Below, piece after piece: positions 56,601-64,000 of a stretch of DNA of 64,000 bases (its first letter is position 1; every line of letters starts with the position of its first letter). Position numbers and translations under genes: made by a program. Origin of the DNA: Macrostomum lignano (Eukaryota). The notes under the pieces were generated by a model that had not been told where the DNA came from, did not search any database, and worked only from the letters and a program-made list of their open reading frames with translations. The stretch is from contig NIVC01000296.1 in assembly GCA_002269645.1 (NCBI GenBank), positions 124,001 to 188,000 of the forward strand, read 5' to 3'.

Positions 56601-58388
56601 TCTGAGAGCTGACTGGGTTGTGTCTGTGTTCACTGGGTTGAGTCTGAGTTCACTGGGTTGTGTCTGAGAGCTGACTGGGTTGTGTCTGTGTTCACTGGGT
56701 TGAGTCTGAGTTCACTGGGTTGAGTCTGAGTTCACTGGGTTGAGTCTGAGTTCACTGGGTTGTGTCTGAGAGCTGACTGGGTTGTGTCTGAGAGCTGACT
56801 GGGTTGTGTCTGAGAGCTGACTGGGTTGAGTCTGAGTTCACTGGGTTGTGTCTGAGAGCTGACTGGGTTGAGTCTGAGTTCACTGGGTTGAGTCTGAGTT
56901 CACTGGGTTGTGTCTGAGAGCTGACTGGGTTGAGTCTGAGTTCACTGGGTTGTGTCTGAGAGCTGACTGGGTTGTGTCTGAGAGCTGACTGGGTTGTGTC
57001 TGAGCAAACTGTGCTGTGTGGTGTCAAAGGCGCACAAAAGTGCTCACGCCAAAGTGCCTTACAAGTTGCTGGTTCTCAACTCTCAGCTGTGCCACGGTCT
57101 CCTCGAGCTGTCGCTGCTGGGCAGCATCGCTGCTGTGTTGTGGCTGGTCTATGGTTGAGTCGGCATTGAGGGCCTGCGAGTTCCAGTGTTGGGTCCACAA
57201 TTGTCTAACTATCTAGCTCTTTAAAAATTCTGAAGTAAATGTACAACAATTAAGGCATTAAATTGGTCATTGGCTGCTAAAAACGGAAGCGAATAAATTA
57301 AAGCTTGATAAAGATGGGATAAATTTAGCAGTTCTACGCGTATAAGCTTATTCATTAAATCGTGCCGATTGAAAGTGTTTGCGATGACCCTCCCATACCT
57401 TTGACAATCAGACTGATTGCGTAAACTGAAAATGGGTGGGTGTTCGATTTTTGGGTTGTTGTAAGTGTATGTTAATAACTTGCGTCACGCAAATAAAAAA
57501 GTGACTTGATATACGTTCCGAGGAAGAGAGGAGCAGAGAGAAGGAAGAGAGGAGCAGAGAGAAGGAAGAGAGGAGCAGAGAGAAGGAAGAGAGGAGCAGA
57601 GAGAAGGAAGAGAGGAGCAGAGAGAAGGAAGAGAGGAGCAGAGAGAAGGAAGAGAGGAGCAGAGAGAAGGAAGAGAGGAGCAGAGAGAAGGAAGAGAGGA
57701 GCAGAGAGAAGGAAGAGAGGAGCAGAGAGAAGGAAGAGAGGAGCAGAGAGAAGGAAGAGAGGAGCAGAGAGAAGGAAGAGAGGAGCAGAGAGATGGAAGA
57801 GAGGAGCAGAGAGAAGGAAGAGAGGAGCAGAGAGATGGAAGAGAGGAGCAGAGAGAAGGAAAAGAGGAGCAGAGAGATGGAAGAGAGGAGCAGAGAGATG
57901 GAAAAGAGGAGCAGAGAGAAGGAAAAGAGGAGCAGAGACATGGAAGAGAGGAGCAGAGAGATGGAAGAGAGGAGCAGAGAGATGGAAGAGAGGAGCAGAG
58001 AGATGGAAGAGAGGAGCAGAGAGATGGAAGAGAGAAGCAGAGAGATGGAAGAGAGAAGCAGAGGGAAGGAAGCAAAAGCAAGTAAGATGATTTCTGGCAG
58101 CCTCACCTGGCCATCGCCGCTATCCAGCCGGTCCTGCAACTCTCGACAGACCTGGCGAAGCGCTGCTAACTCGCGCTGGAGCCTCGCCGCCAACTGCGCG
58201 CCCGGCGCTCCCTGCGCCCTGATGCTGCGCCGCTGCAGCTCCAGCGCCTGCCGGACAGCCTCGTCGCGATCGCGCTTAGCGCGGGCTCGAGCTGCCGCCA
58301 ATTCCGCATCGCGGGCCAGCAGCGCCTCGCGGAGCTGGGCGAGCTCAGCCGATTCAGTCGGCTGTTGCTGCTGTGCTTGCTTCTGCTC
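37792..58388 (-). CDS. RIMBP2: RIMS-binding protein (RIM-BP; coiled coil, SH3, 3x FN3, 2x SH3), 5'-incomplete, at least 19 exons, ~1230 aa modelled
   Basis: Exons 58107-58388, 57063-57173, 55562-55699, 55263-55364, 54990-55085, 54202-54381, 53502-53585, 53238-53327, 52873-52995, 52499-52603, 50848-50895, 49535-49820, 47483-47703, 46814-46892, 44710-45113, 42451-43035, 39176-39251, 38710-39035, 37792-38145 join in frame. Motifs: KKRNAELAAIARRLEE, FVALFDYDPAVMSPNPDAA, VALYDYDPKTLSPNADADVEL, EPGPQDGSLLLTWLPV. Symbol denotes the family, not proven orthology. Confidence 0.88.
38331..38573 (+). mobile_element. Headless SINE-A copy in the last RIM-BP intron
   Basis: Matches the body of 45415-45780; lacks the tRNA head and tail. 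Confidence 0.85.
38710..39035 (-). CDS. RIMBP2: RIM-BP exon (start of SH3-2)
   Basis: ttacag|GC...AAG|gtgagc; IFVALFDYDP. Confidence 0.9.
39176..39251 (-). CDS. RIMBP2: RIM-BP small linker exon
   Basis: tttcag|...|gtaagt; 76 nt supplies the phase 0 to 1 shift. Confidence 0.65.
39590..40920. repeat. 21/23-bp CACTGAATCTA(TA)CATCC minisatellite, mostly as a 44-bp dimer
   Basis: Tandem units. Confidence 0.95.
41700..42296. repeat. 21-bp minisatellite (CTGTGTCTGCAGCTGTCTAGA)n
   Basis: About 28 units. Confidence 0.95.
42451..43035 (-). CDS. RIMBP2: RIM-BP exon (FN3-2 and FN3-3)
   Basis: aacag|GTG; RPDPPMDVTAEPGPQDG; donor position (CTG|gtgtgt) less certain. Confidence 0.88.
43087..44688. repeat. 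1.6-kb (AGTC)n microsatellite
   Basis: Essentially uninterrupted tetranucleotide run. Confidence 0.98.
44710..45113 (-). CDS. RIMBP2: RIM-BP exon (FN3-1)
   Basis: LAPPRQLTVERQLANSVLIGW; CAG|gtgtgt. Confidence 0.88.
45153..46232. repeat. 10-bp (GATCAGGTGT)n array interrupted by a SINE
   Basis: Tandem decamers on both sides of the insertion. Confidence 0.95.
45415..45780 (+). mobile_element. Full-length tRNA-derived SINE (family A) with poly(A) tail and putative TSD
   Basis: A box TAGCCCAGCGG, B box GGCTCGATTCC, poly(A); flanked by ATCAAGTGTGATCA on both sides. Confidence 0.88.
46814..46892 (-). CDS. RIMBP2: RIM-BP exon (distal half of SH3-1; not in ORF track)
   Basis: gccag|GCT...G|gtaagc; GFAYTELSDGRHGYIPSNY. 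Confidence 0.75.
46945..47415. repeat. 53-bp minisatellite containing GATTGGCT (CCAAT box)
   Basis: About 9 units. Confidence 0.93.
47483..47703 (-). CDS. RIMBP2: RIM-BP poly-Gln exon
   Basis: agcag|GA...CAT|gtgtgc; phases fit both neighbours; CAG/CAA tract. Confidence 0.7.
48580..49410. repeat. 31-bp pyrimidine-rich minisatellite
   Basis: TCTTCCTCTCATCCCACTCGCATCTCAACCC units. Confidence 0.95.
49535..49820 (-). CDS. RIMBP2: RIM-BP exon (end of coiled coil)
   Basis: ARLRELKKKSELQSLRHEELMLE; A|gtgagt; AAG acceptor uncertain. Confidence 0.75.
49850..50045. repeat. Degenerate ATCGAT/GATAT-rich repeat
   Basis: Reiterated TCGATCGATAT...ATATCTGATTGA. Confidence 0.7.
50848..55699 (-). CDS. RIMBP2: RIM-BP cluster of nine small phase-0 coiled-coil exons (48-180 nt)
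   Basis: Each is flanked by YAG and GT, is open and heptad-rich, and has a length divisible by 3. Confidence 0.75.
51105..51465. repeat. ~19-20-bp pyrimidine-rich repeat (CTCTTCTCTCCACCCTCCC)n
   Basis: Tandem units. Confidence 0.92.
52601..52775. repeat. 31-bp repeat containing the exon acceptor
   Basis: ATGCTAAAAATAG at 52601, 52632, 52663, 52694. Confidence 0.85.
53625..54150. repeat. 41-bp minisatellite
   Basis: TTTCCCCTCTGATATCCCCACCCATCTAATTCACCCCCTCA units. Confidence 0.95.
55725..57003. repeat. Interleaved 22-bp and 20-bp minisatellite
   Basis: GGGTTGTGTCTGAGAGCTGACT and GGGTTGAGTCTGAGTTCACT units. Confidence 0.95.
57063..58388 (-). CDS. RIMBP2: RIM-BP most 5' exons identified (57063-57173 and 58107-58388); start codon not located
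   Basis: accag|GAG...CAG|gtgagg; coiled coil ELAQLREALLARDAEL. Confidence 0.75.
57519..58060. repeat. 21-bp purine-rich minisatellite (GAGAGGAGCAGAGAGAAGGAA)n
   Basis: Tandem units; source of the RKRGAER and LLLSSFS ORFs. Confidence 0.95.
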
Positions 58389-60249
58389 CTGGTCAGTTAT
58401 AACCAGAGTTAATTGTAGCAGCGAATACACCGTGTTGGTAGCTACATTTAAATGTGAAAAAATATTCTGCCTACATATTTTTTCTGTTTATGTAACTATC
58501 TTACTACCAGAGTTTTTTCATGCATGGTATTTTTGACGTAATCGTTCAATATTACTACGAGCTAATGATACTACATTTATAGTAATGCCAAATTAATGCA
58601 AGTCAAATGGTATGATAAAAATACATTAAGTATATTCATTTGAGCTACACATGACAATTAATCGTTTGTCGTTTAAACTGCTTAATTACAATTTTTAGTA
58701 TACGCATTTTAAATATTTTCAAAAAAAGTTTTCAAAATGTCTGGTTGTCTGTTAGTATAAAAATATTTATTTAAACTATTAAAAAATAAATATTAATATA
58801 AATATTAATAAATAGTAAATTATCTACTGTTGTTTACCAAGCTATGCCAAAACAACCATCTCTTGACAGGAAAAAACGACAACCATTAATAAGTTATAAA
58901 TTTAATGATCAGAAAATATTCTCACCATATATATAATATCAAAACAATCTGCTTGCAAAGCAAAGCATTGCTGATATTTCGAAAAAAATTCTCCTTATAA
59001 GTAAAAGATTTTCCTTTTGAAGCAAGACTTCTTAGAAACTATAGTCATTATTTTTGTCAGAACTAACAAAACCAAAAGTTTTTATGTCACGACTAATAAC
59101 GAAACCGAGTATAAGTTATTGAAAAGATGAAAACTAATCTATTCATTAACACAAAGTCAAATGCCAAAACCAAGCTTTTCGACAAATTGTTCATATTAAA
59201 ACTTGTGCTTAATAAATGAATATTTTAACAATTTTTTTTCGTGTTTCAGACTTTTTAAACAATTGTTGCAAAAATTTTAGCGTAATGAAGCAGATTTTGT
59301 TTTAAACAGCCTGTGTAACGATACAAGCCGAACAGAAGCACGTAAAACACTTCGCATCGATTAATTTTAATTCTAATTCTAATAGATTCGTATACTGTAT
59401 ATTCAGTAGAAGCATAACTGAAGGTACTCTGGATTCTTTACAAATGTTTAACAGAAGGTTTTTTATTAGATACGAGTATTATAAACATGTGCTAATGTGC
59501 ATGCTCATAACTGAATTTACAACCGCATTTATTCAAGTTGCACTGCCTCTATTATATCAAATTTCCATTTACTGAACGAATTTGCAATCGCAAACAACAC
59601 TTAGTCGAAAGGCGCATTCACGCGATCATGGATCACGCGCTAGGCAAAATTGTCTTGCAGCACTCAGTGGACTGTCTGTTTAAACAGGCGGGTTTCAGAT
59701 GACAGCTAGTATAGATCTATGACTGTGACGGATCGCAGGTCTGTTCGCCCCCCCCCCAACACTGAGCAATTCGAATGGCAATAATAAGAAAAAATGCAGA
59801 AATATCTATTATATTGAGATTATCATGCGCTGCTTGGTTTCAGTTGGGAAAGAAACAAAATTACATTTGATACTATACCCAAGGCACAGCTCGACCGTAT
59901 ATTTCATTCTGTTTGCCTTTGGGTTAGAGTTATTTCTGCTTAAATTGCTTTAGATGTGTTCGTGTTGACAACAGCAGCAGCTATAGCATCGATTTGTTAT
60001 TTCCTTTCTACCATGCAAAGATTCCAGATCGGGAACTGACCGGTGAATTAATTAATTGTTTCCGCAATTTTGACTTCATGCGCCTGGATGGAAATTATAA
60101 TAAAATAACGCTCAATCTCAAATTATCACATAATGAAAAGTATATTAGTATATTAAAAGTATCACATAATGACATAAGTATCATAAAAAGTGCGAATAAA
60201 GATGCTGACACAAGGGATAAAGTGGGTGATGACACAAGTGACAAAGGGA

Positions 60250-60442
60250 TTGCAGTGACACAAGACCAGGGGAGTGCAGTGACACAACAGACCAGGGGAG
60301 TGCAGTGACACAACAGACCAGGGGAGTGCAGTGACACAACAGACCAGGGGAGTGCAGTGACACAACAGACCAGGGGAGTGCAGTGACACAACAGACCAGG
60401 GGAGTGCAGTGACACAACAGACCAGGGAGTGCAGTGACACAA
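60250..60442. repeat. 26-bp minisatellite
   Basis: GGGGAGTGCAGTGACACAACAGACCA about x7. Confidence 0.92.
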
Positions 60443-60869
60443 GGTCTTAGCCCGAAACAATGCCAAGCAGCATAAACGATGTCTATAGCCGTACATGAGG
60501 CCTATATTTACTATATATCAGCAAATTCTGGTCCAACTCCGCAGCCATAGCAAAAGCAGAGACAGAGAAATGAAAAATGGGCACAAAGTGGCGTGGAAAA
60601 TGGCTAATTGAACTGGCATGTCTCCGTTGCTGCATGGCGCCTTTCTCATGTTTCCAAGCAGACCCGTCGTCTTGTTCTTGTCTGTGCTGTAAGCTGCGTT
60701 TCTAAAATAGGGGCGCGTGACGCAAACGATAGCTATAGCTATAGAGACTGGGACCGCGATCTGGAAACAGATCTTGGTGGGCGGGACCGCTCGTGGACAA
60801 CTAACTGATGGATCCTTGAACTGGAAGCAAAAATGTCAGATAATAAGGGTCAATTTCCTCTTTGAAGGG

Positions 60870-62712
60870 GAAAATTGGGGGGCAATTTGGAAGAGAGGAC
60901 AATCTAGGAGGCAATCTGGGGGGCAATCTGGGGGCAATATGGGGGCAATATGGGGGCAATCTGGGGGCAATTTGGGAGAGGGACAATCTAGGAGGCAATC
61001 AGGGGGGGAATCTCGGGGCAATCTGGGGGCAATCTGGGGGGCAATCTGGGGGAAATCTGGGGGCAATCTGGGGGGGCAATCTGGGGGGGGCAATCTGGGG
61101 GCAATCTGGGGGGGCAATCTGGGGGGGCAATCTGGGGGGCAATCTGGGGGGGCAATCTGGGGGGGGGGCAATCTGGGGGGCAATCTGGGGGGCAATCTGG
61201 GGGGCAATCTGGGGGCAATCTGGGGGCAATCTGGGGGCAATCTGGGGGGGCAATCTGGGGGTTCAATCTGGGGGCAATCTGGGGGCAATCTGGGGGGGCA
61301 ATCTGGGGGGCAATCTGGGGGGGGCAATCTGGGGGGCAATCTGGGGCAATCTGGGGGGGCAATCTGGGGGGGCAATCTGGGGGGCAATCTGGGGGGGCAG
61401 TCTGGGGGGGCAATCTGGGGGGGCAATCTGGGGGGCAATCTGGGGGCAATCTGGGGGCAATCTGGGGGCAATCTGGGGGCAATCTGGGGCTATCTGGGGG
61501 CTATCTGGGGGCAATCTGGGGGCAATCTGGGGGGGGCAATCTGGGGGCAATCTGGGGGGGGCAATCTGAGGGCAATCTGGGGGCAATCTGGGGGCTATCT
61601 GGGGGGCAATCTGGGGCAATCTGGGGGCAATCTGGGGGCAATCTGGGGGCAATCTGGGGGCTATCTGGGGCTATCTGGGGGCAATCTGGGGGCAATCTGG
61701 GGGGGGCAATCTGGGGGCAATCTGGGGGGGGGCAATCTGAGGGCAATCTGGGTGGCAATCTGGGGCTATCTGGGGGGCAATCTGAATCTGGGGGGCAATC
61801 TGGGGCAATCTAGGGGCAATCTGGGGGCAATCTGGGGGGCAATCTAGGGCAATCTGGGGGCAATCTGGGGGGGGCAATCTAGGGGCAATCTAGGGGCAAT
61901 CTGGGGGCAATCTGGGGGGGGCAATCTGGGGGGGCAATCTGGGGGCAATCTGGGGCAATCTGGGGGCAATCTGGGGGGGGGCAATCTGGGGGGGGAAATC
62001 TGGGGGGGGGGCAATCTGGGGCAATCTGGGGGCAATCTGGGGCAATCTGGGGGGGGCAATCTGGGGGCAATCTGGGGGGCAATCTGGGGGGCAATCTGGG
62101 GGCAATCTGGGGGCAATCTGGGGGCAATCTGCATGGGGGGCAATCTGGGGGGCAATCTGGGGGGCAATCTGGGGGGGGGCAATCTGGGGGCAATCTGGGG
62201 GCAATCTGGGGGGCAATCTGGGGGCAATCTGGAGGCAATCTGGGGGCAATCTGGGGGGCAATCTGGGGGGGGCAATCTGGGGGGGGCAATCTGGGGGCAA
62301 TCTGGGGGCAATCTGGGGGGGCAATCTGGGGGCAATCTGGGGGGGCAATCTGGGGGGGGGCAATCTGGGGGCAATCTGTGGGCAATCTGGCGGCAATCTG
62401 GGGTGGCAATCTGGGGGGGGGCAATCTGGGGGGGGCAATCTGGGGGGCAATCTGGGGGCAATCTGGGGGCAATCTGGGGGCAATCTGGGGGCAATCTGGG
62501 GGGCAATCTGGGGGTTCAATCTGGGGGCAATCTGGGGCAATCTGGGGGGCAATCTGGGGGGCAATCTGGGGGGGCAATCTGGGGGGGCAATCTGGGGGGG
62601 CAATCTGGGGGCAATCTGGGGGCAATCTGGGGGGGCAATCTGGGGGCAATCTGGGGGCAATCTGGGGGCAATCTGGGGGCAATCTGGGGGCAATCTGGGG
62701 GGCACTCTGGGG
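60870..62712. repeat. G-tract minisatellite (CAATCT(G)n)
   Basis: About 1.8 kb of CAATCT spacers between G runs of variable length. Confidence 0.96.
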
Positions 62713-63868
62713 ACAATGTTAGAATTTCAGAACTTCCTGTGGCCCGCAATAACTATAGCTTATATTTCTGTTCAACATACTCTGCAAAATAATTTAACAC
62801 AGAAAATCTGTTCTTCTACTCAGCAGTTCGAATCGAACTTGTTGTGGTTGAAAATTGCGGTTTGCACAATTATTAAAAGAAAGAACAACACGAAACGAAT
62901 TGAGTGCATTCGAACTAACTAGATATGAAAAATGGAGCAGCATTATCAAGAAGTCTAGTAACACCGAAGTTGTAGTGCAAAGTGGGTGATGCTCAATACA
63001 ATAAAATTGGCCAAGCCAAGTTGTTCAAGCCATTAGGACCATGCTATGAAGTCGGTAATATTTTGGCCCAGTACTCCTGTACCTCACCGGAAATGAATCA
63101 TGAATTACACCGCTGTCTAACAGTCAAGGATAAGCAACAGAAAATAAATGTTTGATTGAGTGCAACATTTCGGCACAAAGTGCCACTGCAAACAGGTGAG
63201 TATAGTAGGAAGGTTGAGAAATTTGTCAGTTTAATGAGTACAACGAACACACATGGAAAAAGCAAGATCGTTAACATATTCGATACATAAATCGTCACAG
63301 TAAAAGGAAACAGTTATAAATTTGTGGCAAAATGTTGCGGAATTGAAAGAGGTGCAAAAAAAAGAGTATTGCTTTCATTCTATCAGCGTAGTTAAAAAAT
63401 GACCTTAAAGCAAGTGGCTCAAACCGCGAAGAGAGTAGGTGGAGGAGTGCGGCGTGGGGTGGGTGCAATGTGCAGGGATAGAAAAGCATGACTGTCCATC
63501 CACCAACTCTCCCAGCCAATCGGGGCCAACCAGCAATTAAACGGCGTGGGGTAGGTGCAGTGTGCAGGGATAGAAAAGCAAGGCTGTCTACCAACTCTTC
63601 CAGCCAATCAGAGCCGACCAGTACGCTCGTAATTAAAATGGCGTGAGGTCGGTGCTGGGGCGAGGCAAAAAGCAATGACCTATTGCCGAGCGCTGCATCT
63701 GAGGCTATTTAAGGCAAACAAGGACCAAAAAGGCACAACACAATCCTATCAGCAAAATCCAAAGGGAATGAAAATAACTAGACTAGCCAAAATAGATACT
63801 TTAAATAGAACTAATTTCCGAATGAGTGAATCCAGTTCCTTCATTCGCAGCCAATATAGTTGTAAAAC

Positions 63869-64000
63869 TTAGGAAAAGATTTCCATTGTCTCCGCAATTT
63901 CTTCAACTGTGGCATTGTCAGAAGCCGCCGTCTCGCCCGCCTTGTCCGCTGGCACCTGCCGCCGGTCCTGGCTTCCAGCCGCAGCTTGCCGGCCCTGGCG
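63869..64000 (-). CDS. C-terminal end of an unidentified gene running in from beyond the window
   Basis: GC-rich open frame RQGRQAAAGSQDRR...EEIAETMEIFS ending in TAA at 63869-63871. Confidence 0.55.
   Translation of the reverse strand, partial: RQGRQAAAGSQDRRQVPADKAGETAASDNATVEEIAETMEIFS

Noticed and set aside
60480-60830. Possible RIM-BP first coding exon
   Set aside because: Candidate ATG frames hit stops or end in a phase incompatible with the phase-0 acceptor at 58389.
60717-62792. GGNLGAIW / PPDCPQIA ORFs resembling glycine-rich or proline-rich proteins
   Set aside because: Overlapping frames of the G-tract array that shift with homopolymer length.

Overview
Eukaryotic (metazoan) genomic DNA with GC-rich exons and very repeat-rich introns. 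The style resembles a free-living flatworm such as Macrostomum, but that is an inference. Contents: (1) last exon of an Sp-family C2H2 zinc-finger gene (+, 213-857); (2) tRNA-Val(AAC) (-, 6106-6178); (3) a complete 13-exon CYFIP/Sra-1 gene (-, 25511-7948, ~1298 aa); (4) a two-exon BK-channel beta-subunit-like gene (+, 31312-32310); (5) a 5'-incomplete RIMS-binding protein gene (-, at least 19 exons, 58388-37792); (6) the C-terminal end of another gene (-, 63869-64000); (7) tRNA-derived SINEs and about 30 unrelated micro/minisatellite arrays, which generate almost all the long ORFs in the track. Most notable: all 12 CYFIP introns are phase 0 and 11 of 12 hold their own unrelated tandem array; a ~320-bp-arm inverted repeat starts ~20 bp after the RIM-BP stop; several arrays appear seeded from splice sites; the SINE copies share a conserved core; and only half of RIM-BP SH3-1 could be found. 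Splice models were read by eye and are not transcript-verified.
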